From: Eledone cirrhosa
Taxonomy: Eukaryota
Assembly: GCA_964016885.1 (NCBI GenBank)
Contig: OZ024742.1
Coordinates: 367,598,001 to 367,662,000, forward strand
Length of the DNA: 64,000 nt
Reading direction: 5' to 3'
Under the pieces are notes generated by a model. It did not search any database. It worked only from the letters and a program-made list of their open reading frames with translations, and was not told the origin of the DNA. Shown in pieces: positions 40,481 through 55,000 of the stretch (the first letter of the stretch is position 1; each line of letters starts with the position of its first letter). A program made the translations under genes and the position numbers.

Positions 40481-43400
40481 CATTTGGTGATCACTCATGG
40501 TCGAATGTTAGATTGGGAAACGAGCTGGTTTTATCTGGTCCTGTATCATTTGGTGATCACTCATGGTCGAATGTTCGATTGGAAAACCAGCTGGTTTTAT
40601 CTGGTCCTATAACATTTGGTGATCACTCATGCTCGAATGTTCGATTGGGAAACCAGCTGGTTTTATCTGGTCCTGTATCATTTGGTGATCACTCATGGTC
40701 GAATGTTCGATTGAAAAACCAGCGTGTTTTATCTGGTCCTGTATCATTTGGTGATCACTCATGGTCGAATGTTCAATTGCTAAACCAGCTGGTTTTATCT
40801 GGTCCTCTATCATTTGTTGATCACTAATGGTCGAATGTTCGATTGGGAAACCAGCTAGTTTTATCTGGTCCTGTATCATTTGGTGATCACTCATGGTCGA
40901 ATGTTCGATTGGGAAACCAGCTGGTTTTATCTGGTCCTGTATCATTTGGTGATCACTAATGGTCGAACGTTCGATTGGGAAACCAGCTGGTTTTATCTAG
41001 TCCTGTATCATTTGGTGATCACTATTGGTCAAATGTTCGATTGGGAAACCAGCTGGTTTTATCTGGTCCTGTATCATTTGGTGATCACTAATGGTCGAAT
41101 GTTCGATTGGGAAACCAGCTGGTTTTATCTGGTCCTGTATCATTTGGTGATCACTATTGGTCAAATGTTCGATTGGGAAACCAGCTGGTTTTATCTGGTC
41201 CTGTATCATTTGGTGATCACTGATGGTCGAATGTTCCATTGGGAAACCAGCTGGTTTTATCTGGTCCTGTATCATTTGGTGATCACTCATGGTCGAATGT
41301 TCGATTGGAAAACCAGCTGGTTTTATCTGGTCCTGTATCATTTGGTGATCACTCATGGTCGAATGTTCGATTGGGAAACCAGCTGGTTTTATCTGGTCCT
41401 GTATCATTTGGTGATCACTCATGGTCGAATGTTCGATTGGGAAACCAGCTGGTTTTATCTGGTCCTGTAACATTTGGTGATCACTATTGGTCAAATGTTC
41501 GATTGGAAAACCAGCTGGTTTTATCTGGTCTTGTATCATTTGGTGATCACTCATGGGCGAATGTTCGATTGGGAAACCAGCTGGTTTTATCTGGTCCTGT
41601 ATCATTTGGTGATCACTCATAGTCGAATGTTCGATTGGAAAACCAGCTGGTTTTATCTGGTCCTGTGTCATTTGGTGATCACTAATGGTCGAATGTTCGA
41701 TTGGGAAACCAGCTGGTTTTATCTGGTCCTGTATCAATTGGTGATCACTCATGGTCGAATGTTCGATTGGGAAACCAGCTGGTTCTATCTGGTCCTGTAT
41801 CATTTGGTGATCACTCATGGTCAAATGTTCGATTGGAAAACCAGCTGGTTCTATCTGGTCCTGAATCATTTGGTGATCACTCATGGTCGAATGTTCGATT
41901 GGGAAACCAGCTGGTTTTATCTGGTCCTGTATCAATTGGTGATCACTCATGGTCGAACGTTCGATTGGAAAACCAGCTGGTTTTATCTGGTCCTGTATCA
42001 TTTGGTGATCACTCATGGTCGAATGTTCGATTGGGAAACCAGCTGGTTTTATCTGGTCCTGTATCATTTGGTGATCACTCATGGTCGAATGTTCGATTGG
42101 GAAACCAGCTGGTTTTATCTGGTCCTATATCATTTGGTGATCACTCATGGTCGAAAGTTTGATTGGGAAACCAGCTGGTTTTATCTGGTCCTGTATCATT
42201 TGGTGATCACTCATGTTCGAATGTTCGATTGGGAAACCAGCTGGTTTTATCTGGTCCTGTATCATTTGGTGATCACTCATGGTCGAATGTTCGATTGGAA
42301 AACCAGCTGGTTTTATCTGGTCCTGTGTCATTTGGTGATCACTAATGTTCGAATGTTCGATTGGGAAACCAGCTGGTTTTATCTGCCCCTGTGTCATTTG
42401 GTGATCACTAATGGTCGAATGTTCGATTGGGAAACCAGCTGGTTTTATCTGGTCCTGTATCATTTGGTGATCACTCATGGTCGAATGTTCGATTGGGAAA
42501 CCAGCTGGTTTTATCTGGTCCTGTGTCATTTGGTGATCACTAATGGTCGAATGTTCGATTGGGAAACCAGCTGGTTTTATCTGGTCCTGTGTCATTTGGT
42601 GATCACTAATACTCGAATGTTCGATTGGGAAACCAGCTGGTTTTATCTGGTCCTGTGTCATTTGCTGATCACTAATGATCGAATGTTCGATTGGGAAACT
42701 AGCTGGTTTTATCTGGTCCTGTATCATTTGGTGATCACTCATGGTCGAATGTTCGATTGGGAAACCAGCTGGTTTTATCTGGTCCTGTATCATTTGGTGA
42801 TCACTAATGGTCGAATGTTCGATTGGGAAACTAGCTGGTTTTATCTGGTCCTGTATCATTTGGTTATCACTGATGGTCGAATGTTCGATTGGGAAACCAG
42901 CTGGTTTTATCTGGTCCTGTATCATTTGGTGATCACTCATGGTCGAATGTTCGATTGGGAAACCAGCTGGTTTTATCTGGTCCTGTATCATTTGGTGATC
43001 ACTAATGGTCGAATGTTCGATTGGGAAACCAGCTGGTTTTATCTGGTCCTGTATCATTTGGTGATCACTCATGGTCGAATGTTCGATTGGAAAACCAGCT
43101 GGTTTTATCTGGTCCTGTATCATTTGGTGATCACTCATGGACGAATGTTCGATTGGGAAACCAGCTGGTTTTATCTGGTCCTGTATCATTTGGTGATCAC
43201 TCATGGTCGAATGTTCGATTGGGAAACCAGCTGGTTTTATCTGGTCCTGTATCATTTGGTGATCACTCATGGTCGAATGTTAGATTGGGAAACGAGCTGG
43301 TTTTATCTGGTCCTGTATCATTTGGTGATCACTCATGGTCGAATGTTCGATTGGAAAACCAGCTGGTTTTATCTGGTCCTATAACATTTGGTGATCACTC

Positions 43401-45750
43401 ATGCTCGAATGTTCGATTGGGAAACCAGCTGGTTTTATCTGGTCCTGTATCATTTGGTGATCACTCATGGTCGAATGTTCGATTGAAAAACCAGCGTGTT
43501 TTATCTGGTCCTGTATCATTTGGTGATCACTCATGGTCGAATGTTCAATTGCTAAACCAGCTGGTTTTATCTGGTCCTCTATCATTTGTTGATCACTAAT
43601 GGTCGAATGTTCGATTGGGAAACCAGCTAGTTTTATCTGGTCCTGTATCATTTGGTGATCACTCATGGTCGAATGTTCGATTGGGAAACCAGCTGGTTTT
43701 ATCTGGTCCTGTATCATTTGGTGATCACTAATGGTCGAACGTTCGATTGGGAAACCAGCTGGTTTTATCTAGTCCTGTATCATTTGGTGATCACTATTGG
43801 TCAAATGTTCGATTGGGAAACCAGCTGGTTTTATCTGGTCCTGTATCATTTGGTGATCACTAATGGTCGAATGTTCGATTGGGAAACCAGCTGGTTTTAT
43901 CTGGTCCTGTATCATTTGGTGATCACTATTGGTCAAATGTTCGATTGGGAAACCAGCTGGTTTTATCTGGTCCTGTATCATTTGGTGATCACTGATGGTC
44001 GAATGTTCCATTGGGAAACCAGCTGGTTTTATCTGGTCCTGTATCATTTGGTGATCACTCATGGTCGAATGTTCGATTGGAAAACCAGCTGGTTTTATCT
44101 GGTCCTGTATCATTTGGTGATCACTCATGGTCGAATGTTCGATTGGGAAACCAGCTGGTTTTATCTGGTCCTGTATCATTTGGTGATCACTCATGGTCGA
44201 ATGTTCGATTGGGAAACCAGCTGGTTTTATCTGGTCCTGTAACATTTGGTGATCACTATTGGTCAAATGTTCGATTGGAAAACCAGCTGGTTTTATCTGG
44301 TCTTGTATCATTTGGTGATCACTCATGGGCGAATGTTCGATTGGGAAACCAGCTGGTTTTATCTGGTCCTGTATCATTTGGTGATCACTCATAGTCGAAT
44401 GTTCGATTGGAAAACCAGCTGGTTTTATCTGGTCCTGTGTCATTTGGTGATCACTAATGGTCGAATGTTCGATTGGGAAACCAGCTGGTTTTATCTGGTC
44501 CTGTATCAATTGGTGATCACTCATGGTCGAATGTTCGATTGGGAAACCAGCTGGTTCTATCTGGTCCTGTATCATTTGGTGATCACTCATGGTCAAATGT
44601 TCGATTGGAAAACCAGCTGGTTCTATCTGGTCCTGAATCATTTGGTGATCACTCATGGTCGAATGTTCGATTGGGAAACCAGCTGGTTTTATCTGGTCCT
44701 GTATCAATTGGTGATCACTCATGGTCGAACGTTCGATTGGAAAACCAGCTGGTTTTATCTGGTCCTGTATCATTTGGTGATCACTCATGGTCGAATGTTC
44801 GATTGGGAAACCAGCTGGTTTTATCTGGTCCTGTATCATTTGGTGATCACTCATGGTCGAATGTTCGATTGGGAAACCAGCTGGTTTTATCTGGTCCTAT
44901 ATCATTTGGTGATCACTCATGGTCGAAAGTTTGATTGGGAAACCAGCTGGTTTTATCTGGTCCTGTATCATTTGGTGATCACTCATGTTCGAATGTTCGA
45001 TTGGGAAACCAGCTGGTTTTATCTGGTCCTGTATCATTTGGTGATCACTCATGGTCGAATGTTCGATTGGAAAACCAGCTGGTTTTATCTGGTCCTGTGT
45101 CATTTGGTGATCACTAATGTTCGAATGTTCGATTGGGAAACCAGCTGGTTTTATCTGCCCCTGTGTCATTTGGTGATCACTAATGGTCGAATGTTCGATT
45201 GGGAAACCAGCTGGTTTTATCTGGTCCTGTATCATTTGGTGATCACTCATGGTCGAATGTTCGATTGGGAAACCAGCTGGTTTTATCTGGTCCTGTGTCA
45301 TTTGGTGATCACTAATGGTCGAATGTTCGATTGGGAAACCAGCTGGTTTTATCTGGTCCTGTGTCATTTGGTGATCACTAATACTCGAATGTTCGATTGG
45401 GAAACCAGCTGGTTTTATCTGGTCCTGTGTCATTTGCTGATCACTAATGATCGAATGTTCGATTGGGAAACTAGCTGGTTTTATCTGGTCCTGTATCATT
45501 TGGTGATCACTCATGGTCGAATGTTCGATTGGGAAACCAGCTGGTTTTATCTGGTCCTGTATCATTTGGTGATCACTAATGGTCGAATGTTCGATTGGGA
45601 AACTAGCTGGTTTTATCTGGTCCTGTATCATTTGGTTATCACTGATGGTCGAATGTTCGATTGGGAAACCAGCTGGTTTTATCTGGTCCTGTATCATTTG
45701 GTGATCACTCATGGTCGAATGTTCGATTGGGAAACCAGCTGGTTTTATCT
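40200..45750. repeat. Two-copy higher-order repeat, offset 2772 bp (42 monomers)
   Basis: ORF pairs 40249/43021, 40607/43379, 40880/43652, 41474/44246 and 42163/44935 are all offset 2772. Confidence 0.9.
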
Positions 45751-48700
45751 GGTCCTGTATCATTTGGTGATCACTCATGGTCGAATGTTCGATTGGGAAA
45801 CCAGCTGGTTTTATCTGGTCCTGTATCATTTGGTGATCACTCATGGTCGAATGTTCGATTGGGAAACCAGCTGGTTTTATCTGGTCCTGTATCATTTGGT
45901 GATCACTCATGGTCGAAAGTTAGATTGGGAAACGAGCTGGTTTTATCTGGTCCTGTATCATTTGGTGATCACTCATGGTCGAATGTTCGATTGGAAAACC
46001 AGCTGGTTTTATCTGGTCCTATAACATTTGGTGATCACTCATGCTCGAATGTTCGATTGGGAAACCAGCTGGTTTTATCTGGTCCTGTATCATTTGGTGA
46101 TCACTCATGGTCGAATGTTCGATTGGAAAACCAGCGTGTTTTATCTGGTCCTGTATGATTTGGTGATCACTCATGGTCGAATGTTCGATTGCTAAACCAG
46201 CTGGTTTTATCTGGTCCTCTATCATTTGTTGATCACTAATGGTCGAATGTTCGATTGGGAAACCAGCTGGTTTTATCTGGTCCTGTATCATTTGGTGATC
46301 ACTATTGGTCAAATGTTCGATTGGGAAACCAGCTGGTTTTATCTGGTCCTGTATCATTTGGTGATCACTAATGGTCGAATGTTCGATTGGGAAACCAGCT
46401 GGTTTTATCTGGTCCTGTATCATTTGGTGATCACTTTTGGTCAAATGTTCGATTGGGAAACCAGCTGGTTTTATCTGGTCCTATAACATTTGGTGATCAC
46501 TCATGCTCGAATGTTCGATTGGGAAACTAGCTGGTTTTATCTGGTCCTGTATCATTTGGTGATCACTCATGGTCGAATGTTCGATTGGAAAACCAGCGTG
46601 TTTTATCTGGTCCTGTATCATTTGGTGATCACTCATGGTCGAATGTTCAATTGCTAAACCAACTGGTTTTATCTGGTCCTCTATCATTTGTTGATCACTA
46701 ATGGTCGAATGTTCGATTGGGAAACCAGCTAGTTTTATCTGGTCCTGTATCATTTGGTGATCACTCATGGTCGAATGTTCGATTGGGAAACCAGCTGGTT
46801 TTATCTGGTCCTGTATCATTTGGTGATCACTAATGGTCGAATGTTCGATTGGGAAACCAGCTGGTTTTATCTGGTCCTGTATCATTTGGTGATCACTATT
46901 GGTCAAATGTTCGATTGGGAAACCTGCTGGTTTTATCTGGTCCTGTATCATTTGGTGATCACTAATGGTCGAATGTTCGATTGGGAAACCAGCTGGTTTT
47001 ATCTGGTCCTGTATCATTTGGTGATCACTATCGGTCAAATGTTCGATTGGGAAACCAGCTGGTTTTATCTGGTCCTGTATCATTTGGTGATCACTGATGG
47101 TCGAATGTTCGATTGGGAAACCAGCTGGTTTTATCTGGTCCTGTATCATTTGGTGATCACTCATGGTCGAATGTTCGATTGGAAAACCAGCTGGTTTTAT
47201 CTGGTCCTGTATCATTTGCTGATCACTCATGGTCGAATGTTCGATTGGGAAGCCAGCTGGTTTTATCTGGTCCTGTATCATTTGGTGATCACTCATGGTC
47301 GAATGTTCGATTGGGAAACCAGCTGGTTTTATCTGGTCCTGTAACATTTGGTGATCACTATTGGTCAAATGTTCGATTGGAAAACCAGCTGGTTTTATCT
47401 GGTCTTGTATCATTTGGTGATCACTCATGGGCGAATGTTCGATTGGGAAACCAGCTGGTTTTATCTGGTCCTGTATCATTTGGTCATCACTCATAGTCGA
47501 ATGTTCGATTGGAAAACCAGCTGGTTCGATCTGGTCCTGTATCATTTGGTGATCACTCATGGTCGAATGTTCGATTGGGAAACCAGCTGGTTTTATCTGG
47601 TCCTGTATCAATTGGTGATCACTCATGGTCGAATGTTCGATTGGGAAACCAGCTGGTTCTATCTGGTCCTGTATCATTTGGTGATCACTCATGGTCAAAT
47701 GTTCGATTGGAAAACCACCTGGTTCTATCTGGTCCTGAATCATTTGGTGATCACTCATGGTCGAATGTTCGATTGGGAAACCAGCTGGTTTTATCTGGTC
47801 CTGTATCAATTGGTGATCACTCATGGTCGAACGTTCGATTGGAAAACCAGCTGGTTTTATCTGGTCCTGTATCATTTGGTGATCACTCATGGTCGAATGT
47901 CCGATTGGGAAACCAGCTGGTTTTATCTGGTCCTGTATCATTTGGTGATCACTCATGGTCGAATGTTCGATTGGGAAACCAGCTGGTTTTATCTGGTCCT
48001 ATATCATTTGGTGATCACTCATGGTCGAAAGTTCGATTGGGAAACCAGCTGGTTTTATCTGGTCCTGTATCATTTGGTGATCACTCATGTTCGAATGTTC
48101 GATTGGGAAACCAGCTGGTTTTATCTGGTCCTGTATCATTTGGTGATCACTCATGGTCGAATGTTCGATTGGAAAACCAGCTGGTTTTAACTGGTCCTGT
48201 GTCATTTGGTGATCACTAATGGTCGAATGTTCGATTGGGAAACCAGCTCGTTTTATCTGGTCCTGTGTCATTTGGTGATCATTAAAAGTCGAATGTTCGA
48301 TTGGGAAACCAGCTGGTTTTATCTGGTACTGTATCATTTGGTGATCACTCATGGTCGAATGTTCGATTGGGAAACCAGCTGGTTTTATCTGGTCCTGTGT
48401 CATTTGGTGATCACTAATGGTCGAATGTTCGATTGGGAAACCAGCTGGTTTTATCTGGTCCTGTGTCATTTGGTGATCACTAATGGTCGAATGTTCGATT
48501 GGGAAACCAGCTGGTTTTATCTGGTCCTGTATCATTTGGTGATCACTCATGGTCGAATGTTCGATTGGGAAACCAGCTGGTTTTATCTGGTCCTCTATCA
48601 TTTGTTGATCACTAATGGTCGAATGTTCGATTGGGAAACCAGCTAGTTTTATCTGGTCCTGTATCATTTGGTGATCACTAATACTCGAATGTTCGATTGG

Positions 48701-51620
48701 GAAACCAGCTGGTTTTATCTGGTCCTGTGTCATTTGGTGATCACTAATGATCGAATGTTCGATTGGGAAACTAGCTGGTTTTATCTGGTCCTGTATCATT
48801 TGGTGATCACTCATGGTCGAATGTTCGATTGGGAAACCAGCTGGTTTTATCTGGTCCTGTATCATTTGGTGATCACTAATGGTCGAATGTTCGATTGGGA
48901 AACTAGCTGGTTTTATCTGGTTCTGTATCATTTGGTTATCACTGATGGTCGAATGTTCGATTGGGAAACCAGCTGGTTTTATCTGGTCCTCTATCATTTG
49001 GTGATCACTCATGGTCGAATGTTCGATTGGGAAACCAGCTGGTTTTATCTGGTCCTGTATCATTTGGTGATCACTCATGGTCGAATGTTCGATTGGAAAA
49101 CCAGCTGGTTTTATCTGGTCCTGTATCATTTGGTGATCACTCATGGACGAATGTTCGATTGGGAAACCAGCTGGTTTTATCTGGTCCTGTATCATTTGGT
49201 GATCACTCATGGTCGAATGTTCGATTGGGAAACCAGCTGGTTTTATCTGGTCCTGTATCATTTGGTGATCACTCATGGTCGAATGTTAGATTGGGAAACG
49301 AGCTGGTTTTATCTGGTCCTGTATCATTTGGTGATCACTCATGGTCGAATGTTCGATTGGGAAACCAGCTGGTTTTATCTGGTCCTGTATCATTTGGTGA
49401 GCACTATTGGTCGAATGTTCGATTGGAAAACCAGCTGGTTTTATCTGGTCCTATAACATTTGTTGATCACTAATGGTCGAATGTTCGATTGGGAAACCAG
49501 CTGGTTTTATCTGGTCCTGTATCATTTGGTTATCACTATTGGTCAAATGTTCGATTGGGAAACCAGCTGGTTTTATCTGCTCCTGTATCATTTGGTGATC
49601 ACTAATGGTCGAATGTTCGATTGGGAAACCAGGTGGTTTTATCTGGTCCTGTATCATTTGGTGATCACTATTGGTCAAATGTTCGATTGGGAAACCAGCT
49701 GGTTTTATCTGGTCCTGTATCATTTGGTGATCACTGATGGTCGAATGTTCGATTGGGAAACCAGCTGGTTTTATCTGGTCCTGTATCATTTGGTGATCAC
49801 TCATGGTCGAATGTTCGATTGGAAAACCAGCTGGTTTTATCTGGTCCTGTATCATTTGGTGATCACTGATGGTCGAATGTTCGATTGGGAAACCAGCTGG
49901 TTTTATCTGGTCCTGTATCATTTGGTGATCACTCATGGTCGAATGTTCGATTGGGAAACCAGCTGGTTTTATCTGGTCCTGTAACATTTGGTGATCACTA
50001 TTGGTCGAATGTTCGATTGGGAAACCAGCTGGTTTTATCTGGTCCTGTATCATTTGGTGATCACTCATGGTCAAATGTTCGATTGGAAAACCAGCTGGTT
50101 TTATCTGGTCTTGTATCATTTGGTGATCACTCATGGGCGAATGTTCGATTGGGAAACCAGCTGGTTTTATCTGGTCCTGTATCATTTGGTGATCACTCAT
50201 AGTCGAATGTTCGATTGGAAAACCAGCTGGTTCGATCTGGTCCTGTATCATTTGGTGATCACTCATGGTCGAATGTTCGATTGGGAAACCAGCTGGTTTT
50301 ATCTGGTCCTGTATCAATTGGTGATCACTCATGGTCGAATGTTCGATTGGAAAACCAGCTGGTTTTATCTGGTCCTGTATCATTTGGTGATCACTCATGG
50401 ACGAATGTTCGATTGGGAAACCAGCTGGTTTTATCTGGTCCTGTATCATTTGGTGATCACTCATGGTCGAATGTTCGATGGGGAAACCAGCTGGTTCTAT
50501 CTGGTCCTGTATCATTTGGTGATCACTCATGGTCAAATGTTCGATTGGAAAACCAGCTGGTTCTATCTGGTCCTGAATCATTTGGTGATCACTCATGGTC
50601 GAACGTTCGATTGGGAAACCAGCTGGTTTTATCTGGTCCTGTATCAATTGGTGATCACTCATGGTCGAACGTTCGATTGGAAAACCAGCTGGTTTTATCT
50701 GGTCCTGTATCATTTGGTGATCACTCATGGTCGAATGTTCGATTGGGAAACCAGCTGGTTTTATCTGGTCCTGTATCATTTGGTGATCACTCATGGTCGA
50801 ATGTTCGATTGGGAAACCAGCTGGTTTTATCTGGTCCTGTATCATTTGGTGATCACTCATGGTCGAATGTTCGATTGGGAAACCAGCTGGTTTTATCTGG
50901 TCCTGTATCATTTGGTGATCACTATTGGTCGAATGTTCGATTGGGAAACCAGCTGGTTTTATCTGGTCCTGTATCATTTGGTGAGCACTATTGGTCAAAT
51001 GTTCGATTGGAAAACCAGCTGGTTTTATCTGGTCCTGTGTCATTTGGTGATCACTCATGGTCGAATGTTCGATTGGGAAACCAGCTGGTTTTATCTGGTC
51101 CTGTATCATTTGGTGATCACTCATAGTCGAACGTTCGATTGGAAAACCAGCTGGTTTTATCTGGTCCTGTATCATTTGGTGATCACTCATGGTCGAATGT
51201 TCGATTGGGAAACCAGCTGGTTTTATCTGGTCCTGTATCATTCGGTGATCACTCATGGTCGAACGTTCGATTGGGAAACCAGCTGGTTTTATCTGGTCCT
51301 GTATCATTTGGCGATCACTCATGGTCGAATGTTCGATTGGGAAACCAGCTGGTTTTATCTGGTCCTGTATCGTTTGGTGATCACTCATGGTCGAATGTTC
51401 GATTGGGAAACCAGCTGGTTTTATCTGGTCCTGTATCATTTGGTGATCACTCATGGTCGAATGTTCGATTGGAAAACCAGCTGGTTTTATCTGGTCCTGT
51501 ATCATTTGGTGATCACTCATGGTCGAATGTTCGATTGGGAAACCAGGTGGTTTATCTGGTCCTGTGTCATTTGGTGATCACTAATGGTCGAACGTTCGAT
51601 TGGGAAACCAGCTGGTTTTA
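43020..51620. repeat. ~8.6 kb block, copy B of the long-range duplication (copy A at ~26850-35520)
   Basis: It has the same ordered rare variants as copy A (AAAGTTAG, CACTTTTGG, AACCTGC, CTATCGG, GGAAGCC, TGTCCGA, TTAACTGG, ATTAAAAG). The deletion allele at 51547 = 35446 + 16101. Confidence 0.92.
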
Positions 51621-52089
51621 TCTGGTCCTGTATCATTTGGTGATCACTCATGGTCGAATGTTCGATTGGGAAACCAGGTGGTTTTATCTGGTCCTGTGTC
51701 ATTTGGTGATCACTAATGGTCGAATGTTCGATTGGGAAACCAGCTGGTTTTATCTGGACCTGTATCATTTGGTGATCACTCATGGTCGAATGTTCGATGG
51801 GGAAACCAGCTGGTTTTATCTGGTCCTGTATCATTTGGTGATCACTAATGGTCGAATGTTCGATTGGGAAACCAGCTGGTTTTATCTGGTCCTGTATCAT
51901 TTGGTGATCACTCATGGTCGAATGTTCGATTGGAAAACCAGCTGGTTTTATCTGGTCCTGTATCATTTGGTGATCCCTATTGATCGAATGTTCGATTGGG
52001 AAACCAGCTGGTTTTATCTGGTCCTGTATCATTTGGTCATCACTCATGGTCGAATGTTCGATTGGGAAACCAGCTGGTTTTATCTGGTC

Positions 52090-55000
52090 CTGTGTCATTT
52101 GGTGATCAGTATTGGTCGAATGTTCGATTGGGAAACCAGCTGGTTTTATCTGGTCCTGAGTTGTTTGGTGATCACTCATGGTCGAATGTTCGATTGGGAA
52201 ACCAGCTGGTTTTATCTGGGCCTGTGTCATTTTGTGATCACTAATGGTCAAATGTTAGATTGGGAAACAAGCTGGTTTTTTCTGGTCCTGTATCATTTGG
52301 TGATCACTCATGGTCGAATGTTCAATTGTGAAACCAGCTGGTTTTATATGGTCCTGTATCATTTGGTGATCACTAAAGGTCGAATGTTCGATTGGGAAAC
52401 CAGCTGGTTTTATCTGGTCCTGTATCATTTGGTGATCACTCATGGTCGAATGTTCGATTGGAAAACCAGCTGGTTTTATCTGGTCCTGTATCATTTGGTG
52501 ATCACTCATGGTCGAATGTTCGATTGGGAAACCAGCTGATTTTATCTGGTCCTGTATCATTTGGTGATCACTCATGGTCGAATGTTCGATTGCGAAACCA
52601 GCCGGTTTTATCTGGTCCTGTATCATTTGGTGATCAGTCATGGTCGAATGTTCGATTGCGAAACCAGCTGGTTTTATCTGGTCCTGTATCATTTGGTGAT
52701 CACTCATGGTCGAATGTTCGATTGGGAAACCAGCTTGTTTTATATGGTCCTGTATCATTTGGTGATCACTCATGGTCGAATGTTCGATTGGGAAACCAGC
52801 TGGTTTTATATGGTCCTGTATCATTTGGTGATCACTCATGGTCGAATGTTCGATTGGGAAACCAGCTGGTTTTATATGGTCCTGTATCATTTGGTGATCA
52901 CTCATGGTCGAATGTTCGATTGGGAAACCAGCTGGTTTTATCTGGTCCTGTATCATTTGTTGATCACTCATGGTCGAATGTTCGATTGGGAAACCAGCTG
53001 GTTTTATCTGGTCCTGTATCATTTGGTGATCACTATTGGTCGAATGTTCGATTGGGAAACCAGCTGGTTTTATCTGGTCCTGTATCATTTGGTCATCACT
53101 AATGGTCGAATGTTCGAATGGGAAACCAGCTGGTTTTATCTGGTCCTGTATCATTTGGTGATCACTCATGGTCGAATGTTCGATTGGAAAACCAGCTGGT
53201 TTTATCTGGTCCTGTATCATTTGGTGATCAAGAATGGACGAATGTTCGATTGGGAAACCAGCTGGTTTTATCTGGTCCTGTATCATTTGGTGATCACTCA
53301 TGGTCGAATGTTCGATTGGGAAACCAGCTGGTTTTATCGTTTTCTGTGTCATTTGGTGATCAGTATTGGTCGAATGTTCGATTGTTAAACCAGCTGGTTT
53401 TATCTGGTCCTGAGTTGTTTGGTGATCACTCATGGTCGAATGTTCGATTGGGAAACCAGCTGGTTTTATCTGGGCCTGTGTCATTTTGTGATCACTAATG
53501 GTCAAATGTTAGATTGGGAAACAAGCTGGTTTTATCTGGTCCTGTATCATTTGGTGATCACTCATGGTCGAATGTTCAATTGTGAAAACAGCTGGTTTTA
53601 TATGGTCCTGTATCATTTGGTGATCACTAAAGGTCGAATGTTCGATTGGGAAACCAGCTGGTTTTATCTGGTCCTGTATCATTTGGTGATCACTCATGGT
53701 CGAATGTTCGATTGGAAAACCAGCTGGTTTTATCTGGTCCTGTATCATTTGGTGATCACTCATGGTCGAATGTTCGATTGGGAAACCAGCTGATTTTATC
53801 TGGTCCTGTATCATTTGGTGATCACTCATGGTCGAATGTTCGATTGCGAAACCAGCCGGTTTTATCTGGTCCTGTATCATTTGGTGATCAGTCATGGTCG
53901 AATGTTCGATTGCGAAACCAGCTGGTTTTATCTGGTCCTGTATCATTTGGTGATCACTCATGGTCGAATGTTCGATTGGGAAACCAGCTTGTTTTATATG
54001 GTCCTGTATCATTTGGTGATCACTCATGGTCGAATGTTCGATTGGGAAACCAGCTGGTTTTATATGGTCCTGTATCATTTGGTGATCACTCATGGTCGAA
54101 TGTTCGATTGGGAAACCAGCTGGTTTTATATGGTCCTGTATCATTTGGTGATCACTCATGGTCGAATGTTCGATTGGGAAACCAGCTGGTTTTATATGGT
54201 CCTGTTTCATTTGGTGATAACTCATGGTCGAATGTTCGATTGGGAAACCAGCTGGTTTTATATGGTCCTGTATCATTTGGTGATCACTCATGGTCGAATG
54301 TTCGATTGGGAAACCAGCTGGTTTTATCTGGTCCTGTATCATTTGTTGATCACTCATGGTCGAATGTTCGATTGGGAAACCAGCTGGTTTTATCTGGTCC
54401 TGTATCATTTGGTGATCACTCATGGTCGAATGTTCGATTGGCATACTAGCTGGTTTTATCTGGTCCTGTATCATTTGGTGATCACTCATGGTCGAATGTT
54501 CGATTGGAAAACCAGCTGGTTTTATCTGGTCCTGTATCATTTGGTGATCAAGAATGGACGAATGTTCGATTGGGAAACCAGCTGGTTTTATCTGGTCCTG
54601 TATCATTTGGTGATCACTCATGGTCGAATGTTCGATTGGGAAACCAGCTGGTTTTATCGTTTTCTGTATCATTTGGTGATCACTAATGGTCGAATGTTCG
54701 ATTGGGAAACCAGCTGGTTTTATCTGGTCCTGTATCGTTTGGTGATCACTCATGGTCGAATGTTCGATTGGAAAACCAGCTGGTTTTATCTGGTCCTGAG
54801 TTATTTGGTGATCACTCATGGTCGAATGTTCGATTGGGAAACCAGCTGGTTTTATCTGGGCCTGTGTCATTTGGTGATCACTAATGGTCGAATGTTCGAT
54901 TGGTAAACAAGCTGGTTTTATCTGGTCCTGTATCATTTGGTGATCACTCATGGTCGAATGTTCGATTGGGAAACCAGCTGGTTTTATCTGGTCCTGAATC

